The position numbers were made by a program, and so were the translations under genes. A stretch of DNA of 63,959 nt, the filler included, from Bonamia ostreae (lineage: Eukaryota): assembly GCA_040357525.1 (NCBI GenBank). It is 38 parts of 38 records of this genome, joined end to end, with 100 filler letters (N's around TTAATTAATTAA, not from the genome) between each part and the next. Parts side by side here need not be neighbours in the genome. Positions count along the whole stretch, not along the records: positions 1 to 1,603 come from JBDODL010001571.1; positions 1,704 to 3,304 come from JBDODL010001572.1; positions 3,405 to 5,004 come from JBDODL010001573.1; positions 5,105 to 6,703 come from JBDODL010001574.1; positions 6,804 to 8,400 come from JBDODL010001575.1; positions 8,501 to 10,097 come from JBDODL010001576.1; positions 10,198 to 11,793 come from JBDODL010001577.1; 31 more parts are not named here. One strand, written 5' to 3'. Below, one piece after another: positions 1 to 10,804 of the stretch. A model generated the notes under the pieces. It was not told the DNA's origin and did not search any database. It saw nothing but the letters and a program-made list of their open reading frames with translations. The first letter of the stretch is position 1; every line of letters starts with the position of its first letter.

Positions 1-864
1 GAACGGTCTTTTTTGTTTCCCTGATATATTACTACATTTAGCGAAGTCCATTCTTGCAATTCTCTCTTCCAATTTCCTAGCGCTAATTTTTACAATATTT
101 GATCAATCCCCAAAATTTAATCGGGAAAATTAATTATTTGGCTGAAAATTTCCGAAGAGAAAACTCGAAAGAGGACAAACGACAAGAAAAGGGCCATTGC
201 CAAAACAAGTCGCGATGTAATCAATCAACGCGATCGCTTGGATGGTTTTGCCGAGGCCCATTTCGTCGGCCAAAATGCAGCCGGTTTTGTTGTGCCAATT
301 CCGGATGAGCCATTTTGCGCCGCTGATCTGCCAATCTCTCAGTCTGTTTTCGTGTCTGTATCTGTCAAATTTGCAATTTTAACGATTTATCGATTTTGCG
401 ATTTTCGTCAAACGAGCCCAAATCGGCATTTATCGCGTTTTCCAAAGTTGTCTTCCGCGATTGGTCGTTAATCTGTTTGAACCGGCGAAAAATTTCGGGA
501 TTCTGCGAATCGCGAAAAAAACATTGATGTCTTCTTCGTAGTCCCAAGTGCAAGAACTGAAAGGCTGTCCGACCCATTTGACAAAATATTCATATCTCTC
601 TTCGTTGAGGGAATGCCGACTGGGGCGTCCAGCCAAAATCCGTTCGGGCTCAATTTCTTCGCCGAAGAGCGGGTCCCCTTCAGACCAAAAATAATTGACC
701 TCTTCCTTGAACCGCGAAAACTTGTTTTTCGCATGGCTGCCCAAAGTCTTTAGGACATCTTCTTTTAACCACTCGGAATGGATTTTGGAGAGATCTTTGA
801 ATGTGCAAAAATATTCAAAAGTGCCGTTGAGTCGCCTTTGGTGCAAAATCTTATCGACGATCAA
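1..864 (-). CDS. CHD-family SNF2 chromatin remodeller (tandem chromodomains plus helicase N-terminus), partial, spliced
   Basis: Chromodomain YFVKWVGQPFSSCTWD; after removing introns 503-522, 362-383 and 83-164 it reads LRDWQISGAKWL..GCILADEMGLGKTIQ..GPFLVVCPLSTLGNWKREL. The start may lie upstream, near 1060. Confidence 0.9.
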
Positions 865-1126
865 CTTATTTTTATGTTTCCAGAAAAAAGGGGAAATGGA
901 TTAAAAAGATATTGGTCACTTTTGAGTGGCTTTTTCTGGAGTTTGGAGGGTAAACGGGGATCGCGATTGGTCCGCGCGGCAGCGATTTCTTTTTAGCGGT
1001 AAATTGGGTGCGTTTAGGTATTTGATTGTAAATCGAAAAATCGTTAAGTCTTCCATACATATTTTAAGCTTTAAAATTATAAAACGGGTTTAAAATATAT
1101 TGATTTGGATAAATTGAATTTACAAA

Positions 1127-1569
1127 TCAGGGCTCACTTCCTTTGCCTTCTTTGAGTCCGTATTGTCTTTTTAGCTCGTTAATGGCTTCTCTCTGTTTTT
1201 TGAGCGCTTCAGACTTCTCCAGTCGCTCTTTCTTAAAGTAAACCAGGACGAGATATCTTCCCTGAATGGAATATCCTTGCAGCGCCTCTAATGCGCTTTT
1301 GGCGTCAAACAAATCCTCGTAGACGACATAGGCCGTTCCTCTCGATTCGTTTGTGCTTCCCCTTTAAATTTAGGTGAGATTTCTAAGCCAAATTTTTCTT
1401 TTTGAGAATGGCGATGAAGCTCATTTATTGGATAGGTAAAAATGGGAAACATCCTAATTTGCCTAATGGCGCCATATTTTCCGAAAATCGAATAAAGTTC
1501 TTGTCCGGTAACTTTGAACGGAAGATTTTTAGCGTAAAGAATGCGATTTACTTCGGGCGGGATTTTCAT
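1127..1569 (-). CDS. SF3B6: U2 snRNP SF3b p14 subunit (RRM), one 89-nt intron 1362-1450
   Basis: [52 protein letters not shown] matches p14. Confidence 0.95.
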
Positions 1570-1603
1570 CTTTCGTTAATCTTAAAAACATTTGGTCTGT
1601 GGG

Positions 1604-1703
1604 NNNNNNNNNNNNNNNNNNNNNNNNNNNNNNNNNNNNNNNNNNNNTTAATTAATTAANNNNNNNNNNNNNNNNNNNNNNNNNNNNNNNNNNNNNNNNN
1701 NNN
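1604..1703. other. Artificial contig linker N44-TTAATTAATTAA-N44; first of 37 identical linkers, last at 62287-62386
   Basis: Identical 100-bp spacer about every 1.68-1.70 kb with stops in all six frames; contig lengths fall steadily from 1603 to 1573. Confidence 0.99.
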
Positions 1704-3404
1704 TACTTTAGACTTATAAATATTTGTTGTTTTAATTTGAATCTTTAAGTTTAGAAGCACAAGACTTAAAGTAATATAGACATAATACTTATAAGTATTA
1801 GGACAGTACTTTAGATTAGAAGCAATAAATACTGTAATCTATTATAAGTATTATACTAAAAAAGTTTAGATTAGAAGCACAACAAACAGTACTTAGAAGC
1901 ACAAGACGTTTTTTAACATAAAGCATGTCAATTTGAAGCTTTACATAGCAAAACGTCTTCTGCCAAATAGCTTTAATCTAGATTTATCTATTTGTTTGAA
2001 ATCGAACATCTTGTGCTGGCTGTTATCAATTTTATTGCATTCTTTGCATTCATGCGGAGAACGTTTTTCATGGAGTAACATTGTGGAGAACGTTTTAGAA
2101 GTTTACTAAACTACAAATTTTCACGAAGAATTTTTTTTACCAAAAGATATTAATCGATTGCTCGTTATTTATTACAAATTGACCTTATTTCGAATAAATT
2201 CGACGAATTTTTGTTTATGACTTGTAGCTTTATCCTTAGCTATTGTTATTTGTTTAGTATGTCTACTAAACATCAAAATATCTCATATCCAAGATGTTCA
2301 ACACGGTACCCATTCTAACAAGGCTAGGTTAGTCTTTAAGGAGAGCTTCCATTCTGATAACAGGGACTCGTTTATTCTTTTTCTTGTTGAGCTTCTTTTC
2401 AAATTTTTAATATTCATTTCTGAGAATTTGCTCGATGTTATTCTCCGCAAATAAAGCATTCTGTAATCTCGTTTCCGCAATCTCATAAAGCGTGGTTGTC
2501 CGACCATTTAGGTCTCTCGAACAGTTTAATTCAGAATGTTCAAATTGGATGCAATTCATACACATTCTGACTTCCTTCTCCACATTTAAAATAATTTAAA
2601 GTGATGCAATCCTATTTTAATTTTTCCTTTGGGATTTGCCGAAGCTATATGTTTCTAGTCCACAAAGTTAAGTTTGATGTTTTTTTTTGTTTTTAATATT
2701 TATGATCATTGATAAAACATTATTTCCTTTATAAATTTTATAAGATGTGACAGAAGGCTTATTTTTTGATTTGTTTTTAAACTAAATTGACACTGTATCT
2801 GTCAAATAAATATAATAGTTCTTCAGGCCTTGGGTCTATTCCAAATGTAATGGTATATCTTCTTTAACACATGTAGCTGCGTCTCCCAAATGTCGTTCGA
2901 TCTCTCTAGCAGTTTGCATTTTACTCTCATATCCGTGGTTCTTCTCTGCTATTTGGACTTTTCTTATATTTCGTTCATAGACCAGTTGTTAGGAGATACT
3001 GTGTTTTAGACTTATAGATATTTGTTTTATGTCTTAGTTGTTTTAAAAAGTTTTAATTTTTTTTTTAATTTATATATTTGCGAACATATTTTTACTCAAC
3101 TAATATTAAAAGTTAAAGTACAATTTGATATGGGATGCGGCGTTTTCATCAAAGTATGAACGATTACCACGATTATTAATGACAGATATAGAATTTGAAC
3201 TACGCTTATATTAAAGCTGCCGGAATATACGAAATCCATCCTTTTATGATAAAATTAGTTGGAAATCACATGATAAAGATTCATGGAATAAAGGACAAAT
3301 ATTANNNNNNNNNNNNNNNNNNNNNNNNNNNNNNNNNNNNNNNNNNNNTTAATTAATTAANNNNNNNNNNNNNNNNNNNNNNNNNNNNNNNNNNNNNNNN
3401 NNNN

Positions 3405-3579
3405 ATCCGATATTAAAAAATCCGATAAAAAGAAAAATAATCAAAAAAATGCAAATGCGAAAAACTTGAACAAAAACAAAAAATTAACGAAAGCGTTTAA
3501 AAAAGAAAGAATAAACTTCGGAGAAGTTGTTCAAAAACCTCCAAATTTAGACTTTTTTAAAAACAAAATCCGAAAATAA
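3405..3579 (+). CDS. 3' end of a Lys-rich protein, CCDC137-like
   Basis: FKKERINFGEVVQKPPNL motif. Confidence 0.45.
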
Positions 3580-3688
3580 AAAGCCGCAATATTTTCAAAA
3601 ATAAATTTTAGCAGTTTTTGCGACTTTACAAATCTAAAAATTTGACTAAACCAATTTTAACGCTTCCGATAAATTTTGATTATCGAAA

Positions 3689-4700
3689 ATGATAATTCTG
3701 TTTGCGCCATTTTTCTTCTTTCCACATTTTTCAAAACAAAATTTTGACAATCCGTTCACCGCCGATTATTTTGACGAGAAAGTCGTCGTTAGACCACTTT
3801 CTGATGGCCGTGTTATTACTCATTTCGATTTTTTTATATCGAGCGATCTCAAAAACGGCCAAAGTTCCAAAAACATAAAATTTCCAAAGTCGGAAATTTC
3901 CTATTTCCGAAAAGCATTCGCCAAATAATTGAAAAAACGGATGTGCGCCACCTCGAGCTCTCCTTCGCACAAGGAAGTTGGGATGGCTATTTTGGGGAGG
4001 AGTTCGCGCCATCTCAGAACGGCCTCGAACTGGAAGCCGATTTCGAAGACGGAGAAGAAGTGGAGAAAAGATGGAAAGAGCTTCTAGACGCGTTCTCGGG
4101 AAATTTTTGCGGCTCTTTCAAAGATTCGCATATAAAAAAATTTCGGACTTTTACGCCAATAAACGAAAAGTTTAAAAGAGTTGAAATCGTTCCAAACGAA
4201 CCGTTTTGTGTAGAAAATTTGAGCGCTTTTTTGGATTTGTTGCCTTGTCGCGCTCACGTTAAAATTTAGCTTTGGCTAAATTATTATTTTTATTTTTTAA
4301 GGCGGGAATGGCTTCTCTGTTGAATCAAGTGAGTTCGTTCGATTCAGATTATATTTCCGCAAAACTGATCGCGGACAAAAATTGCAGCGAAAGCGGCTGC
4401 AATGTTTTTATAAAAATGGAAAATTTTAATAAAAGTTGAAAATGGAAATTTTGATAACGATCGCAAAATTTTTTAAAAAGAAAATCGGAAAATCAAATTT
4501 GTTCAAAATGAGCGATTTGTTCGATCGAAATTACAAAAATTGCGTTTTATCGAAAAACAGAAAAATTGTGTTCGAAGCGCTTTCTTCCGTCGATTTTTTC
4601 GAATTCTTTGAAGACGACAATGTTTTTTTCGATTTTTTTTTAATTTGGTTTATTTGCTAAATTAAAATAAGATTATTTTTGATGTGAAAGAGATCGATAA
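3689..4700 (+). CDS. PIGT: GPI transamidase subunit PIG-T/Gpi16, 5' part, spliced; 3' limit approximate
   Basis: Signal peptide; FDEKVVVRPLSDGRVITHFDF; LFPKSIRQIIE..LELSFAQGSW; EPFCVENL..LLPCRAH|AGMASLL; introns 3864-3889 and 4258-4301. Confidence 0.9.
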
Positions 4701-4749
4701 CAAGACAAAAATGTTTTTTGAGATAATCCGAAAAAATTTAATAATAAAA

Positions 4750-5004
4750 ATTCGAAAAAAAACAAAATTTTAATAAAAACAAAAAAAATTATAAAAAATC
4801 GAAAAAAAAACAATATTTTAATAAAAATCGAACAAAAACAATATTTTAATAAAAACAAAAAAAATTATAAAAAATCGAAAAAAACAATATTTTAATAAAA
4901 ATCGAACAAAAACAATATTTTAATAAAAATCGAACAAAAACAATATTTAAATAAAAACAAAAAAAATTATAAAAAATCGAAAAAAAAACAATATTTTAAT
5001 AAAA
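4750..5004. repeat. AT-rich imperfect tandem repeat (AACAATATTTTAATAAAAA... units)
   Basis: Visible repeated units running to the contig end. Confidence 0.85.
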
Positions 5005-5104
5005 NNNNNNNNNNNNNNNNNNNNNNNNNNNNNNNNNNNNNNNNNNNNTTAATTAATTAANNNNNNNNNNNNNNNNNNNNNNNNNNNNNNNNNNNNNNNN
5101 NNNN

Positions 5105-5184
5105 TGGGGGCGACGAAAAAACAATTAGATTCTTGTGTGGCGATCCATCCAACAGCTGCTGAAGAGTTGGTAACAATGAGATAA
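5105..5184 (+). CDS. GSR: Glutathione reductase C-terminus
   Basis: GATKKQLDSCVAIHPTAAEELVTMR* carries the HPTxxEE motif. Confidence 0.85.
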
Positions 5185-5194
5185 ATAAAAATAT

Positions 5195-5998
5195 TTACTC
5201 TATATTAAATCGATTAATCCATTCCGTGTCTCTTTTTGTCTTGTAACTGACGCCGCAACTGTCCAAATAATCCAAAATCAACTTTTTATGAACATTTGCA
5301 CGTTTTTCCTTCATTTTCTTTACAAAATCGCTTATTTCGAACGTTTTAAATAATAAAATATCTTCAAACAACTGATCGTCTGATAAAATGTGCTTTTTCA
5401 GCATTTTAAAGTACTCGATTTTTTTAATTTCCGTTTTTTCCGTTTTATCGTTTTTGTTTTCTTATTGTAATAAGTGTTTTTGTTTTGGATTCAATGAATA
5501 CAAAATGTTAAAATATAAAAAACGTTTCAAGATTGATCTGTCAAAACTTGTCGAACAAAAATTCAATTTTTGTGGTTTGATGGGACTATTATGCGAAGGC
5601 ATTTCTCGTTTTTGAGCACTCGTGTTTAATAAATTTGGAGGTGGCAAACCCCATCGACTTGGTGTATATGATTTGTCAGGATGGTTGGCGTCCCATATTT
5701 TTATCAATAGATTGACCATCGCTTCTTTTGACGATATTTTCAAATTATTTTCCGCCATTTTTTCTTTGAGCTGCAACATAGAAAATGATCGAATTTCGGA
5801 AATTTGTTCGTTCCGGTAAATAGCAAAACTGACAGGCGAAAGTTCCGATTTCTTTTTGTTATTTTGGTTGCTCAAATTTTGCAGTTTGTTCAATTTTGTA
5901 ACAAAAATCGCCTTTTCTTTATTCAAATTTTCAATTTGAGAGTTCATTTTACGAATTTTTGCTTTTAAACAGTTGATTTCTGTTTTTTTATCCGCCAT
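5195..5998 (-). CDS. SLX4: SLX4-like structure-specific endonuclease scaffold (SAP plus SLX1-binding domain), one intron about 5461-5523
   Basis: SAP-like SMLQLKEKMAENNLKISSKEAMVNLLIKIW; C-terminal LFEDILLF..LILDYLDSCGVSY. Confidence 0.7.
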
Positions 5999-6055
5999 TT
6001 TTCAGAATATTTAAAGCTTACTTAAAAGCTTTAAAACTATAAAATATATTAAAAT

Positions 6056-6703
6056 ATGGAATCAAGAAACGCCGAACAAATTGAAAAAGACATTTCTGAA
6101 TTGGAATCGATTTTGCTAAAATGTCGATCCGATCACAACAAGAGCAAAATTCAAGAGATAATCTGCGAATACAAAATAGAACTGACACGAATTCCAAAGA
6201 ACCTCAAATACACAAAATCTGAAACCAAAATGGTGAAAACAAATTGGGTCAAATTTGAATCAATAAGTTTTATAATTGACGACGCGGATAATTTTATAAA
6301 AATTTTTGTGAAGAACAAAAACGGCGATTTTGGAAACGTTAAAAAAGAAGATGTTTTTTGTGACTTTACGAAGCGATCTTTTGATTTAAAATTGACTAAT
6401 TTGAAGTTTTTACTTTACAATTTTTATCATCGCCAATAAATTTTGAAAATCGAAAAAAATTAGCGGAAAAAACTACAGATATCTCGGGAAAAACCTTTCA
6501 AGAGACATTTCTCCAGAAAAAAGCTCTTTCGAGTTAAAGAAAAACAAAATAATTCTAAAATTGAAAAAATCAGATGACAAACTCTGGATCAGACTTTTTG
6601 GCAAATCCCAAGACGACACTAAAGATCCATCATCTGGAATTACCGATATGATAAAGCAGATGTACAATGAGGGAGATGACAAAACGAAGGAAATGATCGG
6701 GAA
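6056..6703 (+). CDS. CACYBP: Calcyclin-binding protein / Siah-interacting protein, 3'-truncated
   Basis: N-terminal helical hairpin, CS domain FTKRSFDLKLTNLN|GKNYRY, SGS domain DPSSGITDMIKQMYNEGDD. Confidence 0.85.
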
Positions 6704-6803
6704 NNNNNNNNNNNNNNNNNNNNNNNNNNNNNNNNNNNNNNNNNNNNTTAATTAATTAANNNNNNNNNNNNNNNNNNNNNNNNNNNNNNNNNNNNNNNNN
6801 NNN

Positions 6804-7025
6804 AACAAAATTTTTATATTTGACAACTTTTTTGTTCATTTTTAAATCAAAATTTTTATATTTGACAATTTTTTGTCTTTTTTAAATCAAAATTTTTATA
6901 TTTGACAATTTTTTGTCCATTTTTAAAATCAAAATTTTTATAATTGACAACTTTTTTTGTCTTTTTTAAAACAAAATTTTTATATTTGACAACTTTTTTG
7001 TTCATTTTTAAATCAAAATTTTTAA
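6804..7025. repeat. About 41-bp AT-rich minisatellite (AAATCAAAATTTTTATATTTGACAACTTTTTTG...)
   Basis: About five imperfect tandem copies. Confidence 0.85.
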
Positions 7026-8400
7026 AACTTTGGCGGAAAATTGTAATAAGAATCGTTTTGATTTTGCTGAACGTTTCCATTTTCTTCAATAATTTCGTCG
7101 TTTTCTTTATCGTTCTCATTTTCACAAACTGTTTTTTCGTTTTCCTTTTCATCATTTTCGCTATACATTTTTTCAACCTTTTCTCCGATCTTCTCTTCGT
7201 CCAAATTTAGATTTTTGTCTAATTTCTTCATCTTTTCATCTTTTTTGTCATTTTCTATTTTTTCTTTTTTGTTTATATGTTCTTGTCCATTTTCAGCAAA
7301 ATTTCCCTTTTCGTTTTTGGCAAAATTGCCATTATCTTGAAAATCATCGTTCTCCTCCATTTTGCCGTTCGAACGTGTCGCGTTGTTTGAATTCTCGATA
7401 TAAAATTTTTTGAGATGATCTTTTACGACGTAAATAAAAATCAAGTCGTTTTTTAAAATTGAATTTATCGATTGGTTATCTTTTTTGAATCGATATCCTC
7501 TTTTCTCGTAAATTTCTGTGATCACCTTTTTTGAACACAATTTTTTGTTTTGATCGATTTTTTTAATTTTGACAGATTTTTGACCATTTTTTAATTTTCG
7601 ATATATTTTTTAATTTTTGATCGATTTTTGACCATTTTTTAATTTTCGATCGATTTTTGACCATTTTTTTAATTTTCGATCGATTTTTTAATTTTTGACC
7701 ATTTTTTTTATATTTTGACAGATTTTTGACCATTTTTTTAATTTTTGATCGATTTTTGACTATTTTTTTTATTTTCGATCGATTTTATAAATTTTTGACC
7801 ATTTTTTTATACAAAATTTTCAATCAAAAACGATATCATTTTCATCACAATTCAACATTTTGCACACTTTCATTCTAACGTCTCTGATCGTCCCAAACCT
7901 ATGCAACTCCAAAACCATTCTGATGCACCTCTTTGACTTGCTCCCAGGCACCAGCGTCACCGGCAGCATCCTCGTTTCGCTCGAAAACATCGGCAAACTC
8001 AGCGCCAAAAACGGGTCGAACATCTCCGACACGAAATCGCACGACGGACAGACCAACGTCGACTTGATTTGGCCCTGGAAATGGTCCACGATGATCGACC
8101 GATTTCGCTTCAAATGAGTGTCCCAAGCTTCTCTCGCGACAACTTTGTCGCAACGGCCATTTTGTTCGATGTTTTCGGTGAACGGTTTTTGCTTGACGAG
8201 GTTGAGATCTTCGTGGAGGCCGTCGAGTAGGAAGAAGAGCAGTTCGGAAGAGTCTTGTTGGTTGTAGCCGGAGAAGCGAGGGGCGAATTGTCCGATGCAA
8301 AGTTTGAGGTCGGAAGGAGAGACAACGCCGGTTTCGCCGGACCACATTTTGCGCATAAGAGCGCCGTAGTTTTCGGCGATTTTGCCCTTTTTTTTAAGAA
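7022..8400 (-). CDS. Ubiquitin-specific protease (USP4/11/15-like), internal fragment
   Basis: FAPRFSGYNQQDSSELLFFLLDGLHEDLN..RNRSIIVDHFQGQIKSTLVCPSC..FDPFLALSLP; the downstream exon 7022-7540 is tentative. Confidence 0.9.
7545..7815. repeat. Intronic minisatellite (GATCGATTTTTGACCATTTTTTAATTTT units)
   Basis: Repeated units between the two USP coding blocks. Confidence 0.8.
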
Positions 8401-8500
8401 NNNNNNNNNNNNNNNNNNNNNNNNNNNNNNNNNNNNNNNNNNNNTTAATTAATTAANNNNNNNNNNNNNNNNNNNNNNNNNNNNNNNNNNNNNNNNNNNN

Positions 8501-8634
8501 CCAGTAGTGTTTTTTGCTACTGGAATAATGTTACCGCCTGCAACATCAAAAGGAATCACAACACCATCCAATTTGGTGATGAAAGTTAGGGGCTTAAGAT
8601 TATCAACAATCTTATCAATTATACTATCAATCAT
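8501..8634 (-). CDS. Phage-like protein, 5' part (MIDSIIDKIVDNLKPLTFITKL...), possibly tail completion
   Basis: Third gene of an intronless co-oriented cluster; function inferred from position only. Confidence 0.4.
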
Positions 8635-8710
8635 ATGTTTAATTTTTAGATTAAGATATCTTAAAAACAAATTAAGATATCTTAATTGTTCAATTACTAA
8701 TCTTAATATA

Positions 8711-9298
8711 CTATTTAAGATTGCGAGAAACAACATCCTCTAACCATTTTTGCATACTCTTTTCTGCAATCTCGATCTCTTTTTTTGATGCTTCAATTAT
8801 ACTTACCCCCTCTCTCGCACTATTTGCATCTATCTTCATTTGAGATGCTTCATTCGTACCACCCATTATAACAGTAGTGATATAATTGGAGGTGCTAACA
8901 GACAATATCCCGAACTTTCTCCACATCTCACCGGTAAGTTCAAAACTTTTATTCTTATTAGTGTGTCCTAGTAAGTTTCTATACTCCGCATATCCTCCCT
9001 TTAACTCAAATAATTTATGACCATTAATCGTAACCCAATCAAGATCCCTACGTTTCTTTTTAGAGCCTGCAACACTACTATATGCCCTAGAGGTAAGTGC
9101 TGTTCTATTTGTCAGCATAGGTTTAGTAGAATAACTTTTGAAAGGCTTCCCGGTGTAATCTTCTTGACTTCCGATAACCCTACGAGTAATGAGAGCAATA
9201 AGATCATTTGTAGCCACGTATTTGGCTATTTCGGGCAATCCCTTTTCCAACTCTTCTTCTAGTTTGGATAACGCTTTAATATGGTCCTCTAAATTCAT
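8711..9298 (-). CDS. Phage virion morphogenesis / neck-like protein, 195 aa
   Basis: Intronless; ATGA overlap with the upstream stop; RRV...G.PFKSYS and GGYAEYR..LG...FELTGEMWR resemble Bacteroidota-phage morphogenesis proteins (recall). Confidence 0.6.
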   Translation of the reverse strand: MNLEDHIKALSKLEEELEKGLPEIAKYVATNDLIALITRRVIGSQEDYTGKPFKSYSTKPMLTNRTALTSRAYSSVAGSKKKRRDLDWVTINGHKLFELKGGYAEYRNLLGHTNKNKSFELTGEMWRKFGILSVSTSNYITTVIMGGTNEASQMKIDANSAREGVSIIEASKKEIEIAEKSMQKWLEDVVSRNLK

Positions 9299-10097
9299 GA
9301 GTACATTGTTTGTGTTGAAATACTAAGAGTAGATCCGCTTTCCGTTTTAGTGTCCTCGCACAGACAATCATTTATTGTTATGTCTGCATTGGTTGTAAGA
9401 TACATTAACTTCTCTGCATACTTCTTTTGCAGCTCTTCAGTGATACTATTTATGTTTTCAGCATTGACTAGTATTTGCATGTTTATGTCCCTACTCTGTA
9501 GGATCCCATCAATACATAATTCAGCAGCTTTATATAATACTGCAAGAGCTACCGCCATAGACAAAGGATCGCTATCAAAATCGGTAGAATGATTCTCCAT
9601 GATAGAAGTAATACTACATGTAAATTTAACATCTAGTAATATACCATTCATGAAATTAGNNNNNNNNNNCTCCAACCATCGCATAATGAGCCCATTCATC
9701 GCTACCACACTCCTTGTTATAATAATAAGGTTTATTAATGTCGTAATCAGGCTTAACACGACCGCATTCGCAATTAATCTTATTCTGTTGCATGGTGCCT
9801 TTGCGATTAAACAAAATATAGAACTCTCTATTTGCACTCATATCAATATCGATAGGCTGAATAGTAGTGATCTGAGAAGAGGTGGAACTTACTGGGATAT
9901 CTAGCTTTTGAATCTCTTCGCCATATTCGTTTGAGATTATTACCTCTTCTTCTGCAGAAGATAAAATCCCTATTCCATTTATTTGAAATATACCACCATT
10001 GATAGGTCTGAATGTTATTCGAATCCCCTGGTATCCTTGAAATGATGTTTGGCCAATACTCCTAGATTGACCAATTTTACCGGAGAAAGATTTAAAA
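9295..10097 (-). CDS. Phage-like structural protein, 5'-truncated, spanning the N gap at 9660-9668
   Basis: Open intronless frames on both sides of the gap (FSGKIGQSR..KINCECG..WAHYAMVG / GILLDVKFTC..AVLYKAAEL..CLCED). Confidence 0.55.
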
Positions 10098-10197
10098 NNN
10101 NNNNNNNNNNNNNNNNNNNNNNNNNNNNNNNNNNNNNNNNNTTAATTAATTAANNNNNNNNNNNNNNNNNNNNNNNNNNNNNNNNNNNNNNNNNNNN

Positions 10198-10738
10198 TGT
10201 TGGTCGGATAGCATTGGCAGTCACAATAGGGCTCACATTTCCGATGATGCACTTATTTGCAAAACGGAATCTTTTGATAGTTCTATTAACACTTCTTTCG
10301 AAAATAACAAAACGAGAATACAACACTGAAAAGCCCCACGCAAAGTTCTACTACCCGGTGACAGCCGCGATGTGCAGTTTAGTGCTGATATTCGGCTTGT
10401 TCGTCGATAAAATTATTTTGGTCTATTCTCTAATGGGCGCTGTTTTGGCCGCGCCACTTATTTACGTTTTTTGTTTTTGAAGATCAGATTTACTTAACCC
10501 AATTTACAAAATAAAAAATGAAGATTTTCCCGCCGATAATTTTCATGATGGCGGAAGGGGGAATAAAGAGTCATTTTAAGAAGAATGTGGAGTTTTTTCT
10601 ATTAACCATTAAAATTAAAGTTCGTTCCGGCATATTTTTTTAAACTTAATCTTGCCTTGTTTCACTTTACTGTTTGGAATATTTGCCACTGTGGTCGGCA
10701 CGGTCATGAATGTGTTGTCTAAAATAAACGCAAAATGA
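10198..10738 (+). CDS. Amino-acid transporter (AAAP/SLC38-like), C-terminal part, spliced
   Basis: TM helices; LTFPMMHLFAKRNL; VYSLMGAVLAAPLIY|IFPPIIF. Confidence 0.7.
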
Positions 10739-10804
10739 GCTATCCATAAATATTTTACAAAACTAAAATGTAAATTAGACAAACACGTTATACGATCCTT
10801 AAAA

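Noticed and set aside
1704-3304. Possible decayed LINE remnant (weak LEWVP and TCVKEDI similarities) and TTAGAAGCACAA repeats
   Set aside because: Too degenerate to support by eye; needs a translated search against retroelement proteins.
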